Shown: positions 1 through 13,904, counted from the stretch's first letter. The stretch: 64,000 nt of DNA from Lytechinus pictus (GCF_037042905.1 NC_087250.1:9486001-9550000), one strand, 5' to 3'. The notes: generated by a model not told the origin, from the sequence alone. Numbers and translations are program-made.

Positions 1-715
1 GTCACCCCCCCCCCCCCCCATCAGAATGTTAAAAAGAGGGGTTGGGTAGTACTAAAATACTGATGGAAAAAGAAGGAAGTAAACTGGGGAGTTTAGTTGG
101 GATCCTTGGAAGAAATTCTGAAGTCTTCAAAACCAACGTCAATTGGCAAACAGGAATTGGAGAAGCAATATATTATTAATTTGGTCATGAATGTTAATTC
201 ATTGAGGATAATGTTACGTTTCATTGTCTTTTCATTTCCTATTAAATTACTCATTGAAAGCACAATGATTGGTAGGAAAACTTAGAAGAAAATAAAGGTT
301 TGGGGAGGCAGTCATGCAACGGTGCAGAGACAACAACTGTGAATAACATGCATAATGCATACCACCCCAAAGTTAATCAAATCCACTGCAATTTGATCTC
401 GGTGATATCTTTGAAAAAACAAAAACTATAAAATGAGATTGATTATAGATAAAATGAAAAGGAGTGTTGAAACATTCCTGATGAGATCAGCACTTCCTTT
501 ACATGCTGTGTAAAAGCATAAACCACAAATGGGGTTTCACTGCGTGGTATTTTCGAAACAGAAGTCCATAGAGGATTCCGGTGAAACTACACAAACGATG
601 TCATTTGTTGAACGAGCATCAAGGCTTTTCAAACGCAAATCCATTCCAAAGGGCAGGCATTGGTTTCAGAGATTATTTTCTTTCTTTTTCTCTGTTTTGC
701 AATCTAATTACTCAC

Positions 716-1060
716 AGATTGGTATCTATCCAGAGTGCGTGACTGCCCCCTCCCAGGCCCCCTCTTAAGACCCCTCCCCTCCCTCACTACCGAACGGCCG
801 TTGCTCGCGTCGGGCACGTTATCGTGATCCTCGGCAGCGTCGCCGTTATCCAACGAGCCGAGGTACATGCTGTGTCGGAGGCTCGCGGCAAAGCGACGCT
901 GCAGCGGGGACAAGTGCCTATCACCGGCTATTTCCGGGGAAGGGGACGTGTCGATTGATTGGTGGCGTTTGATGCCAGGGGAGGTGGGGGAGGGAGAGGG
1001 GGAGGAGGGGGCGGGGGAAAGGACCTTGTTGGCTAGGTTGATACGTAGGGTCTTCTTCCG
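716..1060 (-). CDS. SNX9: Sorting nexin (SNX9/18/33 family) candidate coding exon 4; Ser/Pro-rich, 115 aa, phase 0-0, possibly a cassette exon
   Basis: GC-rich open frame RKKTLRINLANKVLSPAPSSPSP...RYQS bounded by ctcttgcag| and |GTGAGT; 345 nt, in frame with the preceding phase-0 exon. No recognisable domain. Confidence 0.6.
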
Positions 1061-1745
1061 CTGCAAGAGGGAGTGGGGTGGAATCGGTTATTAAGACAAA
1101 CTTATTCAGCTGTCCAACACCTTCAAATTGCGTTAGTAATAGATCAAAACATACCTGTAGTCCTACTATAGGGCATTTTAGTGTCAACTTGAATCATGCA
1201 TTTTTTAGTTCCCAACAGAATTTCAAAAAAATACAAACACCACCTTCATGTACCTTTCAAATCATAATTTCTTCCTGTCGCCCTCATATTTAATGATTGA
1301 AGAACATGAGCTTCACGAGTTGTATCTCATTCAAGTTCATAATTCGAAAAGGATAAATACAAGTACAGTGTATGATGGAACTGATTATTTCCACAAATAC
1401 ATTTATTTTTCTTAAACTAAATATCAACAAAAACTAAGATTGTAAAACATGTCTTGTCATTTTCCCACATGGATTTGAAGAAAAATTTTGTGAATTAATG
1501 CTGAAAAGGTAATTAAAATTTTCAATTATTGAATTAAAGAACTTTTGGCATGTTTTGGTGAGGTAACAGCAGGAAAAGCGAAAGTTACAAAATGGGAATA
1601 CTATGTAAATATTTTTTTTAGTTAACAGTTGAAATTGATCATTAATTCTATTCCTCTTGTTCTGGTGTTCCACAGGGAGCAGTTATGTCTCCTATACTAA
1701 TTAGTGTTGTCTATGGTCAATATGTTTAATAGGAGTTCATGTTAC

Positions 1746-1871
1746 CTGCTGCTGAGCATCATAGCTTGATTGGCTAGCTCTATCATCCCATTCGTCATCC
1801 CAATCGTCTTCTTGTGAAACTGTACTTTGCTGTGTTGTGAGTGGAGGGCTGCCTTGATTGTCCTCAATCAT
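1746..1871 (-). CDS. SNX9: Sorting nexin coding exon 3, acidic low-complexity region
   Basis: ttttcacag|ATG ATT GAG ... CAG CAG|GTAAC; 126 nt, phase 0-0; encodes MIEDNQGSPPLTTQQSTVSQEDDWDDEWDDRASQSSYDAQQQ, containing the DDWDDEWD motif typical of the SNX9 LC domain. Confidence 0.85.
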
Positions 1872-1874
1872 CTG

Positions 1875-2730
1875 TGAAAACGGGTCCAGAAATCAAGAAT
1901 ATGGAAGAGGGGAAAGGTTTAAGGAAGTGAAAAAAGGTGAGAGATAGGGGAGTGAAAATGAAAGAGGTGTGGTGTATGGAAAGTGGGGGGGGGGGGGTAA
2001 TGGGGAGTGAAGATAGAGGGTCAGAGATAGAGGGTGGGAAGAGAGGGGAAAATAAGGGCAGAAAGTGATGGGTTTGGGAATTGATGGAGATGGGAAAGGG
2101 GCAGCAAAAAGGGGTGGGGGGAGATAGGTTCAGAAGGTGAGAGACGGAGTTGGGAAGACAGTCGGGAATGGGGGAGACAGAAGGTTGGGGTTGGAGATCA
2201 ACAGAGATGGGAATAGAGGAGAGGAAAGGGGTAGGGTATAGGTGGCGACCATGACGGGAATACAGAAGGGAAGGGGTGGGGGTTGGGAATCGATGGAGAT
2301 CGGAACGAGGGAGCAGGCAAGGTTGGGGGAGGACAGGTTGAGAGGGTAAGAGATAAAGAGGTGGGAATGGAGGATGAGAATGAGGAGAAAGAGGTGAAGA
2401 TTGGAAGGAAAGAGTTTGGGAGGGGAGGGATATATGGGGCGGGTAGGCAGTCGGGGAGTGGGGAGGGAAGAAAGAGTAGGTCAGGTAGGGAGTGATGCAA
2501 GAAATACAAGGAAAGGAGAAAAGAGGAAAGAACAGATGAAGAAGAGAGAAAGGGGAGAAGATAGGGAAATGGGAAAGGAAAGGGTGAAAAAAGGGGGAGG
2601 GGAGAATAGGAATACGAGGCAGGAAGGAAAGGGGGGTGAAAAGGGAGGGGCGGAAAGGGGGACAAGAGAGAAAAGAAATTGAGGGGAGGGGGGTAAAGTG
2701 GGGAGCAGAAAAGTGGAAGGATAACAAAAG
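1875..2730. repeat. Long purine-rich (+) / pyrimidine-rich (-) low-complexity tract
   Basis: About 850 bp dominated by G and A on the plus strand, abutting the exon-3 acceptor. Confidence 0.85.
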
Positions 2731-4341
2731 TTAAGCTATAAGTTTACTGTAATGAATGACTGTATACATAAAAGTATGTATACATGTATGTAATGGGATA
2801 AAATATGTACATGTTTATTTCCTTGTCTATAGGGTACATACAGTTGTGCAATACCTTTTTGCTTTTAATTTTTATACAGTGCTCTACATTGTACATTTCC
2901 TCAATACAGAAACAAGAAATGACTCATAAACACATGAAAATCCAGTGCAGGCTACTTTATGTATCATAAAGACTTATCAATATTTATGGGCAACAGACAA
3001 CCAACTTTAATATCAGTTCATTTGTGTGAAGCTATTATTAGTCATAAAATCAACTTCCTCAGCATTTATAGGTAACAACTGAAACAAATATGCAACCGCA
3101 AACAATACAACATTCTCTACATCGTTCCCTTTTTTTTTTCGAGATAGCACGATCCAAGGTCAAGATCTGTTACAGTGGGCAGTGCTCACTCAAGCATGAA
3201 TAGTTTTCCAACTTTTTGGTGTCATTTGAAAGTTAACTTTTTAGCTTCCATATATGTAAGTGTTTTCCCCAAAAGTGATATATTTTTTATTTGGCAGCCA
3301 TTTCAAAAGTGCATAGTTTTTTTGGGGATGCACTGTAGAATTGTTGAGTCCCTTAAATTTCTGATGACTGCGGCCATCAAAAGAAAGTGATCCTTACTTC
3401 TGTTATTTGAAACTCATGGTACTTCTAAAATGACTAATCAAAGTCAAAGCAGGTAGTACCCGGTAGTGTGAGGGCACAGACCATTTGTTTTTGCATCTTG
3501 GCAGAGTCTGAAGTACTGGGCAGTAGATTCACTAATTGTGGCTGCCTAAATACTAATCTATCAATTAAGTATCAAATCTACTTGACACACGCAAAGAGGG
3601 TACACTGCAGGACGAGTCGGCCGAGACCCTGATTATAAACCTTCACCAACAAGTGGGTCTTCACACAAGACTAGCACATAAAACTTACTGTTTCAATTTG
3701 CCTTCAGTGCAAAAGTCATGCACATTCAGACCAACTCAAGTGAAGGGTTTTGACAGCAGACTATGCAGAGGGAGCGGAGTCTAGCGGCAACCCTAGACAT
3801 GATATTTAATTTCTTAAAGTATCGAAGTTGAGTCTGTGCTTACAGACTACATGTACTTACCCTATATACAGTGTACATGCAATATGCATACATGTTCAGC
3901 CCATATCATCTTTCTAATAATATGATTTCCAAATTTAAGCACGACTGATGGGCAAAGCACACATACATGTATGCTTGTCATCATGGCTAATTGCTTTTTC
4001 ATAATTTAAGTTCATTACCACTGCTGAAAGATGTCAAACAGTTCACAGTATGTGTATATTGGGAAGAACTGGCATTTCTGTAAAAATCATCTGTCTGTAT
4101 CATTCCCTTCCCCCCCCCCCCAAAGAAAAAGGAAGAAATCAAATTATATCTAGGTGCTGTTCAAATGTAAAGCCAATTTTCAGTTAGCTTACATGTAAAG
4201 GATCAATTTTATGACCTTTCCATTTCTGATTAGGATGAGCAATATAACACTTTCATATGAAGACATGAGTTACATGTAGCTTTCCTGACATAGCATCACA
4301 TGATATTTGAATTCTAAGAAAGGAAAGCATAGCATAGACCA

Positions 4342-4692
4342 GGGGGTGTTTCACAAAGATGCAAGTATGACTCAGAGTCCCACTTAAAATAATGCCTATT
4401 TGCAATATCCATGACCGCATTGGTCAGATCGTGCCAAGAGGACGAGCACTATTAATGCGTATTGATCAATAAGATTGCGCGTTGCATATCATAAACGTGC
4501 CCGCATTTAACTCTTTGTGCGCTGGACCATGAACCCATCTGTACTGAATTATTTTCAGGGAGGGAAACAATGCATTGTTTGTTGAGTGTGAAATGCGTAG
4601 TTCGCACGGCACCGAGTGTGCATTGGTGCGAAGTACGCGTGGAAAGGGTTAAGTGCGACTCTATTTTACTGAAATCTTTGTGAAACACCCCC
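4342..4692. mobile_element. MITE, Harbinger-like
   Basis: TIRs GGGGGTGTTTCACAAAGAT / ATCTTTGTGAAACACCCCC in a CWG context; non-coding. Confidence 0.7.
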
Positions 4693-5014
4693 CTGGTGAC
4701 TATATTACATGTGCGTATGTCAGGGATCAAGTTTGGATATCATTTTTTTGCTGTCTGCGTTTGGCACATTGACCATTATTTGGGCTACTGCCAAATACCA
4801 ATGATAATGAACATTTTGTTTTCTTCAGTGGTTCTGAATGAAAGAATGTTAATGATAATCATCAAATAAAATTGTTTATCTCATTGTCAGTTTTATAGCC
4901 CATCAATTCGAGTTGGTCCCTGTTTTAAAGTAAATTGAGATTAATAGCCTATATCGAACAGATAATAGAGCTTTCACTCAGTCTGGTTTTGATTTCATTC
5001 ATTCATAGATTTAT

Positions 5015-5614
5015 TTAAAGAACAAGTCCACCCGAGCAAAGGGTGGATTTGAATAAATGAAGAAAGATTGAACAAGCATTTCACTTAAAATTTCATTAAA
5101 TCGGAAGTAAAATAAGAAAGTTATGACATTTTAAAGTTTCGCTTCATTTCTTTATGCACATCCTGGTCGGTATGCAAATGAGGGGACTGATGACATCATC
5201 CACTAACTATTACTTTTGTATTCCATTATATGACATATGAAATATTCAATTTTCTCCTCATTGTCATGTGAAAATATTAGTTCATTCCTCCCTGAACATG
5301 CAGAATTATGATTGATTTTACATTTCGTGATTGAGTCAAGTTGGTCATAATTGTCCAATCTGTATAAAATAGAATATTGTATAATTCAAACAATAAAAAA
5401 CAAAAGAAATAGTGAGGTACATCATCAACCCTCATCTGCATGTCACTGAGTTGTGCATACACTGTTTTTGTGAAAATTAAAGTGAAGCTTTACAATGTCA
5501 TTACTTTCTCATTTTACATCCGATTCCACTGAAATTTTCAGCATTACACTTGCTTGATTTTTCTCTATTGATTCAAATAAAATAAAAAATGTATGGGGTG
5601 GACTTGACCTTTAA
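5015..5614. mobile_element. Non-autonomous DNA transposon, Kolobok-like (TTAA flanks)
   Basis: TTAA-AG..CAAGTCCACCC ... GGGTGGACTTGACCT-TTAA; related copy at about 26026-26813. Confidence 0.7.
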
Positions 5615-6387
5615 TATTGTAACGGCGATACATGGGCATTCCTGCTTGTTGCACTGTAGAAAGGTACTGAGTCTAATTGTGTCAATTTCCGACCAAACAA
5701 CACAAATCCTGATTCCTCCTGGGAATCGATCCAATTTGGTTTTAAATTCACTTGGAAAAATGGGACAATGATCCCTCGACCAAGAAGTGAAACTTCCTTC
5801 CCTAATTTGATAATAAAACACATTAATAATTGTACTTCCAATTCAATCTGTGTTGATTTCCTCAAAACTACAGAACCAAGTCAAGCCTCCTCCAAGCACA
5901 GACTCAACAAGACACTCTAACAAATTATACCATCCAGGGTGGAGACTAGTTAGTCTCCAGACACAGACCCTTGATTTTCGCAATTCGCATAACTAGTGCA
6001 TATTTAAATGTAGAGTCTGAAGTAGTGAGACTAGATTCACTTTGTAATGTGGCTGCCTTATTTGATCACAAACAGAGACTTTGGAGTCTAGTCTTCCCTC
6101 TAGACCAATCTAGACATGGTATAATTGGTTAAAGTGTCAAATATGAGTACAAGTGCTTGCAGACTACACTGTAGACAGAGACTAGGATGCTATTAAACAC
6201 CCTGTCTGTATCATACATGTGCAGAGGGGGGGGGGGCACTCAAATATAATGGCAGCATGGGTACAAGCAGCTCTTAAGATTCCCTTTTCATGTCTTGCCA
6301 CCCGTTCCCAAGCGTTTGTTTTCTTTCTTTTTTCATTGACCGACCTGCTGTCCCCCGTTCCCCTAGGCCACTCATTTCAGGGGTCTG

Positions 6388-6558
6388 GAGGGTGTTTCAC
6401 AAAGCTGTTCGTAAAGTTACTCACAACTTTACGCACGACTGGAACATGTTCTCAGGTAATAAATCAATTACATAGGGATATCCCACAGCACAGGAACGGA
6501 TCACCAGTCGTGCATTAAGTCATTCGTATCTTACGAACAGCTTTATGAAACACCCACC
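6388..6558. mobile_element. MITE, Harbinger-like
   Basis: TIRs GGGTGTTTCACAAAGCTGTTCGTAA / TTACGAACAGCTTTATGAAACACCC; close inverted copy at 56100-56271. Confidence 0.75.
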
Positions 6559-7282
6559 AGCTCTCAAAACCCTTCATCATTTCATGTTGAATTCCAGTTC
6601 CCAAGCATCCCCCCATTTGCAGAGGGCCACCTAACTTGCTAGAGTTCAAGCCCCTTCATTTCACAAGCAAAGTTCTTCCATTCTCAATGGGGTTCCAGAT
6701 GTGGGGGCCACACCTGTACCCTTTCCAAATCCAAGGGGGGGTCAAAATTAAATCATAAAGTAGAACTTCATGGGTGTATCTAGTTTAATTACTCCAGACT
6801 CTGATAATGCACTATGTACATGTAAAACCAAGTCATGTACTGTCATGTACCTTCCCACTCGACAAGGGGTCCATTTCACATTATTAACTTCAAACAAATT
6901 TGCAATATCAGTTCAATGCTACAAAAATCATTCAATTTGATTGGCTGAATAAACGGGGTCCCCAAACACAAAGGTGAGCCATTAATCATATGCTCGATTT
7001 TAACGATTTGATTGTACAATTGTAGCCGATGGAATCAATCGTAGAAAAATGTTCTACGATCATTGCTATAAAGCTTTGTGTTACGGGCCCCTGGTTATAG
7101 AAGTTTTGGCTTTACAGTATTTAACGAATGGAAATAAATAATTAAAGTTACTATCGAAGTATTTAACACAACCAACAACAATCAAAATCAAGGATAAAAT
7201 TGAACATTTATGCTATATAAAGCAAAGTTAATGTAATATTCATGCAATGTTTCCAGGACCGGGTCCAGGTACCGATTCTCAC

Positions 7283-7444
7283 CTCAACGTATGCCTCTGG
7301 TACCAGGCCAAGCTGGCCGCCGGGGTTCCGAGCCTCCCACCATCCCTCGCCGACGTCCTGACGGACAATCTGTAGGACCTCATTCTCGTAAATCGTCAAC
7401 TCCCCGTTGTCTGCTTCGCCCGTGAAGTCGTAGAGGACTTTGCA
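7283..7444 (-). CDS. SNX9: Sorting nexin coding exon 2, N-terminal SH3 domain
   Basis: ttacag|TGC ... GAG|GTGAG; encodes CKVLYDFTGEADNGELTIYENEVLQIVRQDVGEGWWEARNPGGQLGLVPEAYVE with SH3 signatures YDF, WW and GLVP..YV, closely resembling SH3PX1/SNX9. Confidence 0.92.
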
Positions 7445-7821
7445 CTGTAATTGAAAAATAGAGCAAAATAACACTTTTTAGTAGTACAGTGCGTCCCCAA
7501 AAAACGACTTTGCACTGTTATTGAAAAATAGAGCAAAATAACACTTTTTTAGTAGTACAGTGAAAATGCATGATTTTTTTTAAGCAGGTATTTCTGCATT
7601 TATTAATAAATAAAAATTACAAATTTATAACAATGATATAACATCAAACATACATGTACATAATGATCAAATTACAACGGTGACAATTGTATAGTAATTA
7701 TTTATAGACATAATTCATGTAAACAATAACAAATAAATTTAAATGCAGAGGCCAGCTATCGTTTTAAAGCTGAAAGCTTGAAATAATAGCAGCCCTGTCA
7801 TGACTTTGCCAAAGTCATAAC

Positions 7822-8817
7822 AGGGCCCTGTCCTACAAAGAGTTGGGTTTGATCCGATCAATCGTAACTCTATGGAAATCCATCAGTGTCATAATTTTTT
7901 TCTACAGGAAATTTGCGAAATGTCCTTTGTAAACAAAGGAGATCACACCAAATTGTCAAGAAATCAATGAATTTATGGATATACATACTGTATGTACATT
8001 CATATTTTTAAATAAACATGCATTTTATATGTTGACTTTGCTGGCTTTCCATAATAGTTGCGATTGATTGGATCAATCACAACTCTTTGTAAGATGGGGC
8101 CCAGAACTCTGTACATGTACATAGAATTCTGATTTGGATTGGGGTCGAGTGCAGCCCTGTCAGAGGCAGCGAAAATGGGGGGGGGGGGGCTGGTGGGCTT
8201 CAGCCCCCTCCCACTTTTTTTCCAAAACCGTGTACAAAAACGTAAGAATGACCATCTGATTCTGATTTCGTGCAAGGTCAGCAACCCTCCCCCCCTCCAC
8301 CCCACTTTTGGCTATAAAGCCCCCCACTTTCAAAACCGTTCTGTGGCCACTGCCTGTAAATAAATTTCTTGCTTATCATTGGAAAACATATCCAGGGGCC
8401 CGTAACACAAAGCTTAGCAATGATCGTGGAACATTTCCCTACGATTGATTGCATGAACTACAATGTACAATCAATCGTGAAAATCAAGCATACGATTAAT
8501 CACCTAACCTTTGTGTTACGGGACGGTGATTGGGATTCAAACCCAGGGCCCCGTCTTACAAAGAGTTGTGATTGATCCAATCAATTGCAACTATGAATGG
8601 CCAGAAACGTCAACATCTATTATACATGTTTGTTCAAAATGTTTTCTAGCTACGATGTATATTCATGCATTCATCGTTTTCTTGAAAATTCACTGTGTTT
8701 CTCTTTGGTTACAAAAGACATTGTGCGAATTTCCTGGAGAAAAAATTATGACCCTGGTGGATTTCCATAGAGTTACGATTGATTGGATCAATGGTGACTC
8801 TTTGTAAGACGGGGCCC
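7822..8817. mobile_element. Cluster of GGGCCC-ended MITEs (7822-8102, 8395-8524, 8546-8817)
   Basis: TIRs GGGCCCCGTCTTACAAAGAG and GGGGCCCGTAACACAAAG; relatives at 6956-7091, 16758-16875, about 45635-45750 and 47379-47867. Confidence 0.75.
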
Positions 8818-9136
8818 TGGACTCTCTTTCGTAAAGCCAAGAGACAGAACCACGAGACTACAGTGCAACCATATGTACAGTATAACGATTGAAGAAAAAA
8901 AAAACACAATTGTGTGTATCTATTCATCCCGATGACAGGGGCAAACATGTCAAATGATGTCAAACGTGAAAGAATGCTAATGATCCCAAGGCACCTTTGT
9001 TGAATTTGAGCAACAACAAAAAAAATGTGCAAAATTCAACTATTTCCCCCATATGACCTTCATCATCCCCAAATCATAAACATTCCAAAGTGTAGTCTAG
9101 CCATCCAGACTCTCTGTGATAAATGTACACTCATAT

Positions 9137-9449
9137 GCCCGTATTCTGAAGTCGGGTTTAACTGAAACTCAGGTTTAAAGTTGTGGTTTAAGTATGGGAA
9201 GCCAAAAGTATCAATTTTTTTATTAAGTTGTATGTGTCTTATGTTTACTGTGCTCTTTCCTGATTCATCGATGGTGAAGACAATAATCTTTTTATACTTC
9301 CTAGACTATTATGAATGATTTGAGAGCCAAATGAGCTGAAGTATGATATCTCTACCATTAATAGTGATTTATTTAACAATTGGCTTTCCATACTTAAACC
9401 ATAACTTTAAACCTGAGTTTAAGTTAAACCTGACTTCAGAATACGGGCC
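9137..9449. mobile_element. MITE with GCCCGTATTCTGAAGTC TIRs
   Basis: Long TIRs; further copies at about 19303-19610 and 22490-22769. Confidence 0.75.
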
Positions 9450-12400
9450 ATAGTATACAGGCCCTTCATGAACAGTGGCGTATGCAGGTGGGTGGTAACC
9501 GGGTTCAACCCCCCCCCCTTAATTTTTGTTGATACCCCAACCCCCCCCCCCCTAAAAAATTGTTGAAGACCCTTTTTTTTGGGGGGGTAGGAAATGACCT
9601 AAAATTGGTGGTGAAGACCTTGTTCTTTTTTTGGGGGGGTTGTCAACATTTCATACATGTACAGCTTGAACCCCCCCCCCCCTTAAAAGTTAAAATAATT
9701 CTGCGTACGCTACTCTAGGTAGCTGAACAGTAGCCTCTTCCATCGCCCATTTCTTCCACTTCTTCAGACCCTATTCTAATCTTTCCTAAATCAGTTCCCT
9801 TAAACCAGTGTGCCTATAGGAAACAAGTTTTGAAGAACTTTCACTTCACTAACTCCTGAACTGGTGTCCGAAACCAATTCAGGTATTAAAAGTGGTCTTG
9901 TGTATGGGGATGTGGTCAAAATATGTTTTGCCCGGAATTCGAAACCACAGCGTAAGCACTCCCCACTATATACACACAGCGTGTACTATACAGCAGCACA
10001 CGACACCGGCGCTGGTCGGATGATCCCAGACCGGTAAAAGTTGTTGTTGGGCCAGTAAACAATTCAGAAATAGCCAGATTTACTGGTACGAAATGACCAG
10101 TAAAACATATATCGAACTGATACAAATGATATTTTCTTCTCTTTTGTCAATTATGAAAATGGTTCTGTCATCTAAAAAAAATCTAAAATTGAGAAATGGC
10201 TCTCATGCATTACGTTTTGTGTGTGTATACTGTTTTTTTTTTTGGGGGGGGGGGAGGGGGTAACCAAACTAACAATAAGCAGGAAAAGACAGTAAAATGA
10301 ACTTCAGGGGTTTTTTTTTTTTTTTTTTGGGGGGGCCAATAAATTTTAGGTTCGGACCAGTAAAAAATGAAAAAAAAATAATGGGTATCTAATGGTCCGA
10401 CATAAACAGGTTGGACCAGTAAAAAAAGGGGTTAGTATGGAGCTCTGACTACAGTGTGTAGCATGCTCTCACACTTTCACTCGAAGATCGCTTCCCGACG
10501 AACATTACAGTGTCCTCACCAACGCAAAAGTTCAATGAGGCAAAACGCAAAACGGTCTTTAAAATCACAGCATCGCAAGGTTTTAAGATCACTTCTAAGA
10601 CTGCTTCAAGTGTTCCCATTAAACTGGTTTCCACAAAACTAGTTTAAGAAAGTAAAGGAGAACAGGGGTCTCTTGCAAGAATGTCAGCTGTATGATGAAT
10701 CCCTAGCACAACCTCCAGCCACCCCCCCCCAAAAAAAAAATGGTAATATTAATTTATTATTACATTATAGGCGTGATAATGAATTAGATATATATTAAAA
10801 TGAAAATACAATAAAATAACAAATTGATGAATGAATAAATAAACAAATGAAAAATTAAAAAACATAATTAAAGATATAATACCAGTTGTGGTAATGATCT
10901 CAAAATCAGTTTTAATTATTTAACAGAATCCAATAAAATGACCACCCAAGTGTTTGTAAAAAATATGTGCCAAATTACTCTGGAAGAAAATGTGTAATTG
11001 CTGAGAAATATAGTGAAGCACAGAATTCCCTCAAAAATTCAAATGTCGGATATTTTTTCAAGCAATATTAGTACACTGCCTGATATCCCTTTCTGTGTTT
11101 ATAGTGATCATCAGAATTATAGGTTTTGAGCGAAGATTTCATGATTCACAAAGATCAGTTTATTTCAATGTACCAGATCAACAAGTAGGCCTATATTGAC
11201 CTTGATTTTAAATAAAGACTTTCTGATGAAATAACTGTTTGATACTTGTTTACTTGCATTTACATTTAAATGTATAGATACATGTAGTATGTGTACGTCT
11301 ACATGTACATCTGTATTCTATGTTTTTGTAAGCATCATTTCTCACATGCACCTAATCGCCATGACCAATTGTCTGGACGCATGGACGCAACTGAGAATTA
11401 TTACACACCATGCATACAGAGTAAATATTAATTTACCCTTGGACGAATAAAGCACAAATGTGTACAGTATTTCAGTTTTTTTCCCTTCTGTCTTCTTTCG
11501 TTCTGGCTATTACACTTGTTGTCACAAGCCACTTTGTTAACGATAAAAGTAATGAGCCATGAAGAAAAGTTGTTAAATGAAGGGAATATTATGAGAAATT
11601 TTAGGAGGATTAGGGCTTAAGTGGTACATGGGGCGGTCTGCACCAGCCAGAGTTTTCAAACAACCGCTCTATTTCTGATCCGGCAAATTATCCCGATTTG
11701 AAAAATCGCAATCATCGCGATATGATGTAGTTCGCTGGATTAATCTCTAACTTTGATAGGATTACTTGCAAAATAGCGCACTATTTACGAATTATCCTGC
11801 TATTACTCGAGATTCGACTCGGGATTATATATTAATGGCATCAGACCATGCATGCATTGATGCCTCGTACTTGGCAAGATTTGAAAGGAAGGAAACTGAT
11901 AAATCATTTCTCCTTGAACAAAGGCAGTATCCTGCATTGGACAATGCATTGTAGACACAAGGCAGATCTAAATAGTTCCCTTTCATGTGCACAATTACAA
12001 ATTTAACTTGTTTTTAAAGGGCCACACTACCCCAATAAAGAGGATTTGAATAAACTTAGAAAATCAAATGGAATAACAGGTGAAATTCCACCACAAAATC
12101 TAATGAACTTTTAAGAAAAACTTTGTCAAGTGCAACAAAACACTAAACAGTTACCCATAAACACGGGCAATACATGTATGTGCAAATGTTAATTCAATTC
12201 ATAAGCTACGACAATGCCAATTACGCACAGAAACACATCTAGTGCCTCATTTGCAGGTGTGGGGCACAAAAACTTTGTGAACTGAGCAAAGCCTTGAAAG
12301 AAATGCCATAAACTTTCTAAAAAAATATCACATCCAATTATGGAGAAAAAATATCAGGGCATTTAACTCCCTTGAACCTTGTAAAAGTTAAAAGGAGTTG

Positions 12401-13904
12401 AGATAGACTTGGCATTTTAAAGTTAAAATCTACACAACTGTTGTGGTATTCTGGGACAAACTGAACCCAAAAGAATCCAAGAAAATTAAAGATAACATTA
12501 TGTTGTCATTGCAAAAAAAACTAATGAAATTGGTCAAATTAAAAAAAAGTGAAATAAGAACTTTAATTGCACTTGACCTTACCTTTTTCATCATGGTGAA
12601 AGAATTATAGTACACACTATTCCACTTTTTAAAACTTGTTTAAGTGTTTTCCAACTTGCGATTACCAAAATTCAGCAAACATGTAGTCCATAATTGTATT
12701 TGTCCCTTTCCAAGGAAATGTTCACTTCAATTCACAAATGTACAATAGATGTTGATTACAACCTTGGGCTCACAGCATGTACATGTACATTTACATACGA
12801 AATCAACAATGTCAGCAACAAACAATGTAGGATGTGTACATGTAGGGAGGGGAGTCAATGGCCAAATTGATCAGAACACATTGTATGGAATCCCACACAA
12901 GGAAGGATGTAGGCCTACAGTATCAGGTACACAACTTCTGAGAACCAGCCAGAAAAGGATGTGAAGAACTCAGCCAAATAATGCCATCCTCAAGTGAATT
13001 TGATTATTCCTTTTATAGAAACATCCCTCGAACACATTGGACTTATTTTTTTTGTTCTTTTTTTATTTATTTAGTATCATACAAAGTGAAGTATTGAATC
13101 TCCAATTCTGAGGGGAAATCCTCTATGGTAGTTCCTCAAATCTTCCTTTCAAAGTTTCAGACCTACAATAGCAGATACTCCAATTCTGAGAAATAAAAAC
13201 CTTAATTCCTGATATATCACTCATAATAGCAAAAGTTCCTGCATCTTCAATTCTGAGAAAAACAAATTGAAGTTTCTTTTATAACTCTCAGACACATTTG
13301 CAAATTAGTAAAGGTTACTCGCTATTATTCTCCAATATGTTCATCTCCAATTCTGAAAAAATAAAATATCTCTAGAAGTTCCTGAAAAACATGTATCACT
13401 CTCAGATTCACAATAGCGTACATGCGGATGATGTTGCAAGTTCTTCATTCAAGGATACTTTGCAAGACCACACGATTCTTGTTCTAATGCTGCCCACGTC
13501 ACGTCACAAATATAGAGCAATGCAGAGGACTTGAAAAACTCATACAGCTGTTAATGTTTAACAGTGTACAGTTGAGAGCTCTATATAAAGCCATGTCCAG
13601 TACACATGTATAACAATCAAGGAACTCAGTCATCCCGCGATTAGAGCCTTCCCTTCACTTATGATGTCACTGTGGCTAAAAGCAGTTCGGCTTCCCAGAG
13701 AAGCGACAATCGCTTTTCCTCAAAGACAGTCTCCCATGTTTATGACTCATCCGCAGAAGTCTACATTAAACTGTCACACATTGAGAGAACTACATATTCC
13801 CTTCAAAGTGGGCTCTTCCCATTTGAACTTGAGTCAAGGAAATAAGGTGGTGAAAGTTACTACATGTAGCATAACGAGCTAAAAAAGATAGAGGGGCCAG
13901 ACAT

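Noticed and set aside
1864-2727. 287-aa and 155-aa Pro/Ser/Phe-rich ORFs
   Set aside because: Product of a pyrimidine tract that cannot easily form stop codons; no AG acceptor inside the tract and no domain similarity.
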